Source: Gemmatimonadota bacterium (GTDB lineage: Bacteria > Gemmatimonadota > Gemmatimonadetes > Palauibacterales > Palauibacteraceae). From it: a stretch of DNA of 64,000 bases. The DNA is taken from positions 10,567 through 74,566 of the forward strand of contig JBATJK010000179.1 of NCBI GenBank assembly GCA_049668445.1, given 5' to 3'. A program made the translations under genes and the position numbers. Below are positions 30,580 to 38,992 of this stretch, in pieces (the first letter of the stretch is position 1; each line of letters opens with the position of its first letter). The notes under the pieces are model-generated. The model worked only from the letters and a program-made list of their open reading frames with translations. It made no database searches and was not told where the DNA came from.

Positions 30580-30969
30580 TCAGCCGGCCGCCACGTGGCA
30601 CATGGTGCACGTGGCGTCTGCCCGCCCTTCGTGGCTGGCGGGAGCCGCAGGCATCCCTTCCATCGCACCCGAATGGCACATGGCGCAGGCCTCACGTCCA
30701 GCGATCTCGTGCGGAGTCGCCGAAGCGGCACCGGTCTGCATCTCCGAGTCGGCGGCATGGCACAACAGGCACGTGTCCAGCTCTCGACCCTCGTGGTCCG
30801 CCGGGTTGGCCGGGATCCCTTCCATGGCACCGGAATGGCACATGGTACAGTTCTCCTTGCCCGCCAGGTCGTGCGACACGACCGTCGGCTTCTCCTGCGC
30901 AAACGCTGGAGCCGCGGCAAGCGCCACGAACAGCGCCGTACCGGCAGCAATCGACATTAGACGGTTCAT
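30580..30969 (-). CDS. Small periplasmic tetraheme c-type cytochrome with an internal tandem duplication
   Basis: Signal peptide MNRLMSIAAGTALFVALAAAPAFA; four CxxCH (CTMCH, CLLCH, CAMCH, CTMCH); two 33-aa repeats CxMCHSGAMEG(I/M)PAxPAxHEGR...C..CH, also visible as a DNA-level repeat. GGAGA RBS. Confidence 0.75.
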   Translation of the reverse strand: MNRLMSIAAGTALFVALAAAPAFAQEKPTVVSHDLAGKENCTMCHSGAMEGIPANPADHEGRELDTCLLCHAADSEMQTGAASATPHEIAGREACAMCHSGAMEGMPAAPASHEGRADATCTMCHVAAG

Positions 30970-31243
30970 ACGAGCTCTCCTTTGAGTTTGCTTACCTTCC
31001 CGCGGCCGCTCTCTACCGCGTAAAACAAGCACGTATATGATAGTTTACACCGGTCGCTATCGCGAGTCTCACCCTATTGGACACCAGTGCAACGTCCACT
31101 GTTTGAATCCGTGGCGACTCGCATGTTCCGCCGCGCCGTTGACGAAACCGAAGTAGCCACAACGCAACGGTTTCGCGGCACGAAAGGTGCTGTGACTGAT
31201 GGGTGAAGCGCTCCCCTCGCTTCACATACATCGGAGACTCGTC

Positions 31244-33250
31244 ATGCTCCTCCAACGACCCCCAATCGCTCGTTGGCTGATGATGCTCACGTGCGTCCTC
31301 CTGTCGGCCTCGCCGTTCGCTCCGCCGCTTCGCGCCCAGGAGACGACCGACGATCCAAACCGCACCTGCTACATGTGCCACGGCGACCCTGAGAACTTCG
31401 CGAACCGGGAGGACGGCCAGCGACTCATCGTGACACAGGACGAATTCGCCGGCTCAGTGCACGGTGGTTTCGGGTTCGCGTGCACGACGTGCCACCGCGA
31501 CTTCGCCTTTCCGCACCCGGAGGAATACGTGCCCGTGCGGTGCGGCGCCTGTCACGGTTCCGAGGACCGGCAGTACGGCGAGAGCGTGCACGGATATGCC
31601 CTGGCGCGTGCCAACGAACGAGCTCCGACGTGCGCCGGGTGTCACGGAAAGCACGACATACGCCGAAGCGACGACCCGGAAAGCCACACCTATCACACGC
31701 GCGTCGCGGAGACCTGCACGGACTGCCACAGCACCGCCGGACTGCTCACGGACCAGTATCTGAAGCTGCCGTCGCCCGCTGCTCAGTTCGCTCAGTCCGT
31801 CCACGGCGAAGCCGGTGAGGCCGGCGACATGGGCGCCGCGACGTGTACAGACTGTCACGGCGTTCACGATCTCAGGGGACACAACGACCCCCTCTCGCGC
31901 ATCAATCGGTTGAACGTCTCTGAAACCTGCGGTGCCTGCCACCAGGAGATCACCACCGACTACGACCGGTCGATTCACGGGCGGGCGCTGGCGGCCGGAA
32001 TCGGCGACAGCCCCACGTGCACCGATTGCCACGGCGAGCACCTGATCCTGCATCCGTCCGACCCGGACGCCGGAACGCACGCCAATCACATGGCGGCTGA
32101 CCTGTGCGGCGATTGCCACGACGATCCGGTGATCGTGGCCAAGTACAGTCTTCGAGACGACGTGGTCCACTCGTACGCCGACAGCTACCACGGGTGGGCG
32201 ACCGGACGAAACCACGAGCATGCGGCCACGTGCGTGAGTTGCCATACGGCTCACCTGGTGCTGCCGACGGCCGACCCGGAGTCGTCGGTCTCCGAGGCGA
32301 ACGTGGTCGCCACGTGCCAGCAATGCCACGAAGGAGCGAGCGCGGAGTTCGCCGCCTCGTACGACCACGCCGCGGCTTCCGCGGCCACGAACAAGGGCCG
32401 ACGGATCGTCACCGCCCTCTACATCGGACTCATCATCGTGGTGATCGGAGGCATGGCACTCCACAACGCGCTCATTCTCAACTACTACCTGGTCGAGAAG
32501 CGACGAAGGGAACGGCAGGAGCGCGGCGTCGTGCGGTTCGACAAGATCCAGATCGTGCAGCATATGACGCTGGCCGTGTCATTCATCCTGCTCGTGATCA
32601 CCGGGTTCGCCCTGCGCTACCCTGATACCCTATGGGTGAAGTGGACGGGACTCACCTTCCTCAGCGAGCCGGTTCGGTCGTGGAGCCACCGAATCCTCGG
32701 AGTCGGCCTGATCCTGTTCTCGGTCGTTCATGTCCTCTACATCCTGTTCGCCCGCCGCGGACGCGACGAGTTCAAGGCCATGCTGCCGAACTTCCAGGAT
32801 CTGAAGGACTTCATCGACAACATGCGCTTCCACACGTGGGGCACGAAGCGCAAACCGCGCTTCGGACGCTACGACTACACGCAGAAGGCGGAGTACTGGG
32901 CCCTCGTTTGGGGTACCGCCCTGATGGCCATCACCGGGCTGGTACTATGGTTCCCGGTTCTGGCCACCACGTGGGCTCCGGCCTGGGTGGTCTCCATCTC
33001 GGAGACGATCCACTTCTACGAGGCCTGGCTGGCGATGCTGGCGATCGTGGTGTGGCACTTCTTCTTCGTCATGGTGCACCCGGATGTCTATCCGATGAGC
33101 TGGATCTGGCTCACCGGGAAGATGCCCGAGCACGAGGTGCAGGCCGTACACGGCCGCTGGTACGATGAGGAAGTCCAGGACATGCTCGACGCGCTTCCGC
33201 CGGGTGAAACGACGGCGGGGCTACCGGACCGTCGAGCCGACGCAGGCTGA
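31244..33250 (+). CDS. Fusion protein: periplasmic 11-heme c-type cytochrome + C-terminal diheme cytochrome b membrane domain (HydC/FdnI/Ni-hydrogenase cyt b-like; CbcL-like)
   Basis: Signal peptide; 11 CxxCH motifs; C-terminal five TM helices with conserved His ligands (ALHNAL, VQHMTL, HRILG...VVHVLY, WHFFFVMVHP). GGAGA RBS before the Met at 31244. Confidence 0.8.
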   Translation: MLLQRPPIARWLMMLTCVLLSASPFAPPLRAQETTDDPNRTCYMCHGDPENFANREDGQRLIVTQDEFAGSVHGGFGFACTTCHRDFAFPHPEEYVPVRCGACHGSEDRQYGESVHGYALARANERAPTCAGCHGKHDIRRSDDPESHTYHTRVAETCTDCHSTAGLLTDQYLKLPSPAAQFAQSVHGEAGEAGDMGAATCTDCHGVHDLRGHNDPLSRINRLNVSETCGACHQEITTDYDRSIHGRALAAGIGDSPTCTDCHGEHLILHPSDPDAGTHANHMAADLCGDCHDDPVIVAKYSLRDDVVHSYADSYHGWATGRNHEHAATCVSCHTAHLVLPTADPESSVSEANVVATCQQCHEGASAEFAASYDHAAASAATNKGRRIVTALYIGLIIVVIGGMALHNALILNYYLVEKRRRERQERGVVRFDKIQIVQHMTLAVSFILLVITGFALRYPDTLWVKWTGLTFLSEPVRSWSHRILGVGLILFSVVHVLYILFARRGRDEFKAMLPNFQDLKDFIDNMRFHTWGTKRKPRFGRYDYTQKAEYWALVWGTALMAITGLVLWFPVLATTWAPAWVVSISETIHFYEAWLAMLAIVVWHFFFVMVHPDVYPMSWIWLTGKMPEHEVQAVHGRWYDEEVQDMLDALPPGETTAGLPDRRADAG

Positions 33251-33274
33251 TACCGGGCAGGCCGATTGCCCCCC

Positions 33275-33308
33275 GGGTCGGGCAACCCCCGACCCACGGG
33301 TTGTTGTG
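33275..33308 (+). terminator. Putative intrinsic terminator after the first cytochrome c/b fusion gene
   Basis: GGGTCGGG-caacc-CCCGACCC hairpin followed by GTTGTTGTG; a lower-GC 200-bp intergenic region follows, presumably the promoter of the next gene. Confidence 0.4.
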
Positions 33309-33511
33309 CCCACGAGCGTTGTGTCATTCTGACCCATTCCGAGTCCTTATCACGGTTCGGCAAGACTTGGACACACGCATATCTCGTTGTTCGGTGTAGC
33401 TTTGCCGAATTGTGTCCAGTTCTTGCAGGTTGTTCGTGCGGCGTTGCGGGTCTCAGCATTCGGGGTCCGCTCCGCCCTCGTGTAGGGACGACCACTCCTT
33501 CCGGAGGTCCA

Positions 33512-36322
33512 ATGCGGATTCGGAAGTTCAGAATAGCGAAGCGACTGACCCCGCTGGCCGCTGCGGCCACGCTCTTGATATTGGCGGCCCCTGCCGCCGC
33601 GCAGGAAGTCAACTGTCTGATGTGTCACGAGAACCCGGCGTTCTTCCAGAGCCAGGAGAACGGCGAGCGCCTCGTGGTCACCCAGGAATCGCTGTCGGGC
33701 TCGGTACATGGCAGCCTTCGTTGCCAGGACTGTCACGCGGGACTCGAGTTCCCACACCAGGCAGACGCCCCGGCGCCCAGTTGCGGGCAGTGCCACGGGA
33801 GACAGTCGCGCCAACACCAGCAGTCGCTGCACGGGCAGGCCGCCGCCCGCGGCGATGCGCTCGCACCGGAATGCGAGGACTGTCACGGCACGCACGAGAT
33901 CCTGTCGAGTCGGGAGTTGGCTTCGCCGACATCGGTGATGAACATCCCGATCCTGTGCGGCGAATGTCACCAGGAAGGCACGGAGGTATCGGAGCGAATA
34001 GACATTCCGCAGGACAGCATCCTGCACAACTACTCCCTGTCCATCCACGGGGCCGGCCTGTTCGAGCGCGGCCTGTCGGTGACCGCCGTATGCACTTCCT
34101 GCCACACGTCGCACTTCATCCTTCCGCACACGGATCCCCGCTCGAGCATCCACGTGGACAACGTCGCCGGGACGTGCATGGCATGTCACGCGCGGATCGA
34201 GGAAGTGCACACGCAGGTGATCGAAGGGCGACTGTGGGAAGAACAGCCCCATATGATCCCGGCTTGCGTGGACTGTCATGAGCCGCACGAGATTCGTCGC
34301 GTGTTCTACGATGCGGGGGTCGCGAACGCGGACTGCCTGGCCTGCCACTCCGATCCGGAACTCATGGGCACGGATTTCGACGGAAACAGCGTCTCGATGT
34401 TCGTGGACGAGGGCCCTTACAGCCTGGGGGCGCATCAGGGTACGACGTGCGCGCAGTGCCACACCGACGTGAGCGTCGCGTACGAGGAGCGTCCTTGCGA
34501 GACCCTCTCCTCGGCGGTCGACTGCGCGATCTGCCACGCCGGACCGGTCTCCGAGTACCAGGCCAGCAGCCACGGCACACTGGCCGCGGAGGGTGTGACC
34601 GACGCTCCCACGTGCCTGGATTGCCACGAGAAACACGCCACGGGGGACAACGACAATCCGACCTCGCCGACGTATGCCCGGAACGTCCCCGAGCTGTGCT
34701 CTACCTGCCACCGCGAAGGGGAAGCGGCGGCCCAACGCATCCAGCGCGAGGGCGCCGACATCGTCGCGGGCTACGAGATGAGCATCCACGGCAAGGGACT
34801 GCTTGAGAGCGGACTCGTGGTCACGGCCACCTGCAGCGACTGCCACGGACCTCACTCGGAGCTTCCGGCCAGCGACTCGACTTCGAGGGTCAATCCGAAC
34901 AACGTCGCCGCCACCTGCGGACAGTGTCACCACGGGATCGAGGAGACGTTCCGCGAGAGCGTCCACTATCCGGAGAACGGGCTCTACACGGCCGAAAGCG
35001 AGCACCAGTATCCTACCTGCGAGGACTGCCACACCTCGCACACGATCGGTCGGACGGACCGGGATGATTTCCGGATGCTCATGATGAGCCAGTGCGGGCG
35101 CTGCCACGAGGACGAGTCCGAGACGTTCTTCGAGACGTACCACGGCAAGGTCTCACGCCTGGGCGGAGCGCGGGCGGCCAAGTGCTATGACTGCCACGGA
35201 ACACACAACATCCTCCCGAATTCGGAGGTTGGTTCGACCCTCAGTCGTGACAACATCCTGGAGACGTGCGCGCAGTGTCACCCGGCCGCGAACGAGAAGT
35301 TCACGGGTTACCTGACGCATGCCACGCACCACGATCCGGACAAGTACCCGTGGCTCTTTCTCGCCTTCTGGGCCATGACGGGCCTGTTGGTCAGCGTGCT
35401 CACTTTCTCGCTCATCCACACCGGCGCATGGCTGTACCGCCTGTGGCGCGAGCCGGAGCACTGGAAGGGCCACGTCGAGGCCGTGGGCGAGGAGCGAAAG
35501 CAGCTCTATCGCCGGTTCACACAACGGCAGCGGATCATGCACCTGGTGATGTTGCTCAGTTTCATGCTGCTGGCCGCGACCGGCATGGCTCTCAAGTTCG
35601 CGTGGATGGGTTGGGCCAAGCTGTTCTCGCGAATGGTCGGCGGATTCGAGGCGATGGGCATCCTGCACCGCCTGGGGGCCGTGGCGCTGATTACCCTTTT
35701 CATCGTTCACCTGGTGGACGTGCGCAAACAGAAGCGCTCGGCCGGGCAGACGTGGAAGGAGTACATCTTCTCCCGAGACTCGCTGATGTTCAACAAGAAC
35801 GACGGACGCGAGTTCGTGGCCTCCATCAAGTGGTTCTTCGGTAAGGGAGAACGACCGAACTACGGCCGCTTCACCTACTGGGAGAAGTTCGATTACTTCG
35901 CCGTCTTCTGGGGGATGTTCATCATCGGCTCCACTGGACTGTTCCTGTGGTTCCCGGAGCTCTTCACGACCGTGCTGCCCGGGTGGTTCGTGAACGTGGC
36001 CACGATCATCCACAGCGATGAGGCGCTGCTGGCAGTGGCGTTCATCTTCACCATCCACTTCTTCAACACGCACTTCCGCCTGGACAAGTTCCCCATGGAT
36101 CCCGTGATCTTCACGGGCCGGGTTCCACTGGAGGAGCTGAAGCGCGACAAGCCGATGGAGTACGAGCGCATGAAGGCGGAAGGAAAGCTGGAAGAGCGGC
36201 TGGTCGATCCGCTTCCGAAGGAATTCGAGACTACCGTTCGCATCTTCGGCTTCACGATGCTCGCGATCGGGCTCACGATCGTGGGGCTCATTCTGTACAC
36301 GATGCTGTTCGGCTACAGATAG
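33512..36322 (+). CDS. Fusion protein: periplasmic 19-heme c-type cytochrome + C-terminal diheme cytochrome b membrane domain (paralog of 31244..33250)
   Basis: GGAGG RBS; signal peptide MRIRKFRIAKRLTPLAAAATLLILAAPAAAQE; 19 CxxCH; C-terminal TM domain with His ligands. N-terminal region is homologous to the upstream paralog (CLMCHENPAFFQSQENGERLVVTQES... vs CYMCHGDPENFANREDGQRLIVTQDE...). Confidence 0.8.
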   Translation: MRIRKFRIAKRLTPLAAAATLLILAAPAAAQEVNCLMCHENPAFFQSQENGERLVVTQESLSGSVHGSLRCQDCHAGLEFPHQADAPAPSCGQCHGRQSRQHQQSLHGQAAARGDALAPECEDCHGTHEILSSRELASPTSVMNIPILCGECHQEGTEVSERIDIPQDSILHNYSLSIHGAGLFERGLSVTAVCTSCHTSHFILPHTDPRSSIHVDNVAGTCMACHARIEEVHTQVIEGRLWEEQPHMIPACVDCHEPHEIRRVFYDAGVANADCLACHSDPELMGTDFDGNSVSMFVDEGPYSLGAHQGTTCAQCHTDVSVAYEERPCETLSSAVDCAICHAGPVSEYQASSHGTLAAEGVTDAPTCLDCHEKHATGDNDNPTSPTYARNVPELCSTCHREGEAAAQRIQREGADIVAGYEMSIHGKGLLESGLVVTATCSDCHGPHSELPASDSTSRVNPNNVAATCGQCHHGIEETFRESVHYPENGLYTAESEHQYPTCEDCHTSHTIGRTDRDDFRMLMMSQCGRCHEDESETFFETYHGKVSRLGGARAAKCYDCHGTHNILPNSEVGSTLSRDNILETCAQCHPAANEKFTGYLTHATHHDPDKYPWLFLAFWAMTGLLVSVLTFSLIHTGAWLYRLWREPEHWKGHVEAVGEERKQLYRRFTQRQRIMHLVMLLSFMLLAATGMALKFAWMGWAKLFSRMVGGFEAMGILHRLGAVALITLFIVHLVDVRKQKRSAGQTWKEYIFSRDSLMFNKNDGREFVASIKWFFGKGERPNYGRFTYWEKFDYFAVFWGMFIIGSTGLFLWFPELFTTVLPGWFVNVATIIHSDEALLAVAFIFTIHFFNTHFRLDKFPMDPVIFTGRVPLEELKRDKPMEYERMKAEGKLEERLVDPLPKEFETTVRIFGFTMLAIGLTIVGLILYTMLFGYR

Positions 36323-36470
36323 CCGATCACACAGCGGGGGCGGGCGCTTCCGGCTCCGCATTCTCGAGACCGGCCGGCGGGCTTGATCCAGTCCGCCCGG
36401 CCGGCCATGTTTCATGGAGCCGTCCAGGAAGCTCCGTGACAGGTAACCTCAAGCGCGTCGGAGCAGGACC

Positions 36471-37925
36471 ATGACTGTCCATCGCCGGCCGTTCTTCTCG
36501 TTTCTCGCGTGCGCCATGGTGTGGCTGCCCTCTGCGGCCCAGGCCCAGGGCATACGCGGAGACGTGAGACTCAACTGGGGCTGGATGCAGCTCCAACCGT
36601 TCGCACAGGACTCGGTCCCCGAGGGCGATGTCTCGGGGTCGGGCCTCCAGCGGCAATTGGCGAACGGGACCGTGGTGTCGTGCATCGAGGGCGATTACTG
36701 CCGCTGGTACGAGAACAACGGCCAGCGCCAGGACATCATGCCCTTCACGCAGGACCTGCGATTCGCCGGGTGGACCGGCGTCCAGGGTCTTTCGTTCCAC
36801 GGGCAGATGCGCACGCGCCTGGGCAGTGACGACCTGTGGCCGCGCACCGATCAGAAGTTCGACCTCCTCACGGGCTACCTGAGCTACAATCGCTCGGCTT
36901 TCCAGATCAAAGCCGGCCGGATGTACAGGGCATCGGGACTCGGCTACTACAACTTCGACGGCGCGTCCGCCGTGTGGCGTGGACTCGGATGGCTGTGGGT
37001 CGAGGGATATGCCGGCTGGAGCCTGGCGCGTGGCGTCAACGCACCGCGGAACGGCAGCCTGTACCAGGATGCCGATCTCCTGGCCACGGACCGACGCGGC
37101 TATCTCTTTGGTGGCGAGCTCGGCTTCCGTGGCGGCAAGGTGTTCTCCGGCTCGGCGACCTACCAGCGCGAGCTCCGCACCGATGAGCTGGCCCTCTATT
37201 CGGAGAGGGCAGCGGTAGACCTCAGGGCCCTCGTGGGCGGCTGGGCATTCGATGGCGGAGCCAGCTACGACTTCGCGTACGACCAGCTCAACGACGCTCG
37301 AGTCCGGATCACGACGCCGCAGGTGCTGGGGATCAAGTTTGCCGCTCAGGCCAGGCACTACACCCCGTTCTTCGACTACTGGACCATCTGGAGCGCCTTC
37401 TCTCCCGTCGGCTTCAACGAGGGGCGCCTTTCAGGCACCTGGACCTCCAGGAGCCTCCCGCTGCTCGTCGAGCTCGGCGGGGCGTACCGCGAGTACGAAG
37501 ACACGAACGCGGGCCCCTCGAACACCACCATCCGCAAAGACGGCTACCGTGGCTTCGGCCGGATCTACTGGAGCCCGGACAAGTGGTACGTGGACGCCCG
37601 CTACCGCGCGGAAGACGGATTCGGAGGCTCCCGGTACGGTGGCGACCTGGTCCTGGGCCGCTACCTGGCCACGGGCTCTGCCTCCTACGTGGCCCTGCGA
37701 GGCACCGCGACGGAGACCCTGTACGAGTTCCGAGAGGGTGAGCGTTACGTGGTTGGCGGCGCCGTCGAAGGATCGTACGACATCACCAAGGCCAACCTGA
37801 CGCTCGACGCCAGCCTCGGTTTCTACCAGATCGAAGACAAGAACCGGCCCCTGGCCGATACCTGGACAGAAGGGCGCGCGAGCGTAGGATTGCGCTGGCG
37901 CTTCAACACTGGAGGTACCCGATGA
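36471..37925 (+). CDS. Putative outer-membrane beta-barrel (porin-like) protein
   Basis: Signal peptide ending AAQAQG; alternating amphipathic beta-strand pattern rich in Y/G/W throughout; aromatic residue near the C-terminus (RWRF); stop overlaps the start of the downstream cytochrome gene. Confidence 0.55.
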   Translation: MTVHRRPFFSFLACAMVWLPSAAQAQGIRGDVRLNWGWMQLQPFAQDSVPEGDVSGSGLQRQLANGTVVSCIEGDYCRWYENNGQRQDIMPFTQDLRFAGWTGVQGLSFHGQMRTRLGSDDLWPRTDQKFDLLTGYLSYNRSAFQIKAGRMYRASGLGYYNFDGASAVWRGLGWLWVEGYAGWSLARGVNAPRNGSLYQDADLLATDRRGYLFGGELGFRGGKVFSGSATYQRELRTDELALYSERAAVDLRALVGGWAFDGGASYDFAYDQLNDARVRITTPQVLGIKFAAQARHYTPFFDYWTIWSAFSPVGFNEGRLSGTWTSRSLPLLVELGGAYREYEDTNAGPSNTTIRKDGYRGFGRIYWSPDKWYVDARYRAEDGFGGSRYGGDLVLGRYLATGSASYVALRGTATETLYEFREGERYVVGGAVEGSYDITKANLTLDASLGFYQIEDKNRPLADTWTEGRASVGLRWRFNTGGTR

Positions 37926-38869
37926 GGCGGCTCGCTTACCTGGGCGCCCTCGTTCTGACGGTCGGCGCCGGAGCGCTGTTCGCGGCCTCCCGTGGATCTT
38001 TCGACTTCCCGCACGAAAAACACGCGGCCCTTGGTGGGGCCGGGTGTGAGAGTTGCCACGCGGGCATCTACTCCGGAGACGCCGCGAGCAACGTCTCGGT
38101 TGACCCGGCACTGTGCTCGGGATGCCATAACGGACAGGCGTTCCCCGAGGTGGGGTACACGGGATACAAACCGCAGGAAAGTGGCCTGAAGTTCCAGCAT
38201 GCCACGCACCCGAAGCTCGGCTGCCAGAACTGCCACGGCGTTCCCGGCGGCGAGGGCGACATGGCCGTTCAGGCCGCATCGGGAGACACGTGCCTGGCCT
38301 GCCACGGCAACGGGGCGACCGACCATTTCGAGGTCGGCATCAACCCGTGCGAGACCTGTCACTACGATCCGGCGCCCGGGCACACGCCTGACTTCATGAC
38401 GCAGCATGCGACGGCGGCAGCAGCGGGACTCCCGAACTGCACGCAGTGCCACAGGGAAACGTTCTGCGTCGACTGCCACGACGGCCCGACGAACCCGGGT
38501 ACGCAGTACCATCCGGCGAACTTCGTCACCCGCCACAGCGCGGAGTCGTGGGCCGCTCCGATGGAGTGCTCCGAGTGCCATTCGAGGGAGGTCTTCTGCC
38601 GCGACTGCCACTCGAACCAGGGAGTCGCGCAGGATGGCAGCCAGAACGGTGGCTACCACGACGGAGTGGCAAACTGGCTGCAGCAGCACGGCGCGGCCGC
38701 GCGGCAGGGCATGGAAAGTTGCACCACCTGCCACCAGCAGACCGAGTGCCTGGCCTGTCACTCGGCCAGGGAAGGATGGCGCGTGAATCCGCACGGACCG
38801 GACTTCGATCCCCAGCGGGCGTCCGACCGCAGCACGCAGTCGTGCGCAATCTGTCACACGGGATACTGA
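37922..38869 (+). CDS. 12-heme c-type cytochrome (secreted), translationally coupled to the beta-barrel gene
   Basis: Signal peptide MRRLAYLGALVLTVGAGALFAASRG; 12 CxxCH in 315 aa; ATGA start/stop overlap with the upstream gene. Confidence 0.8.
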   Translation: MRRLAYLGALVLTVGAGALFAASRGSFDFPHEKHAALGGAGCESCHAGIYSGDAASNVSVDPALCSGCHNGQAFPEVGYTGYKPQESGLKFQHATHPKLGCQNCHGVPGGEGDMAVQAASGDTCLACHGNGATDHFEVGINPCETCHYDPAPGHTPDFMTQHATAAAAGLPNCTQCHRETFCVDCHDGPTNPGTQYHPANFVTRHSAESWAAPMECSECHSREVFCRDCHSNQGVAQDGSQNGGYHDGVANWLQQHGAAARQGMESCTTCHQQTECLACHSAREGWRVNPHGPDFDPQRASDRSTQSCAICHTGY

Positions 38870-38896
38870 TTTCGGACCATTTGGAACCCATAGCAT

Positions 38897-38937
38897 GAGG
38901 GGCCGCAGCCAAGATGGCTGGGGCCCCTCTGTCGTTC
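38897..38937 (+). terminator. Putative intrinsic terminator ending the cytochrome cluster
   Basis: GAGGGGCCGCAGCC-aagat-GGCTGGGGCCCCTC hairpin (one mismatch) followed by TGTCGTT. Confidence 0.5.
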
Positions 38938-38992
38938 AGCCCTCCAGATCCCGCCACCTGCCGGAGGCCCGGCTAGAAGCCCTTCGAGCCGA

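Noticed and set aside
33350-35143. 597-aa minus-strand ORF
   Set aside because: Antisense to the 19-heme cytochrome gene, whose CxxCH periodicity unambiguously defines the coding strand.
36322-36470. Possible hairpin terminator (GACCGGCCGGCGGGC...GCCCGGCCGG) between the second cytochrome fusion and the beta-barrel gene
   Set aside because: The stem is imperfect and lacks a T-tract; could be a weak attenuator but support is insufficient.
36327-37358. 343-aa minus-strand ORF
   Set aside because: Antisense to the signal-peptide-bearing beta-barrel gene; no start context or domains.
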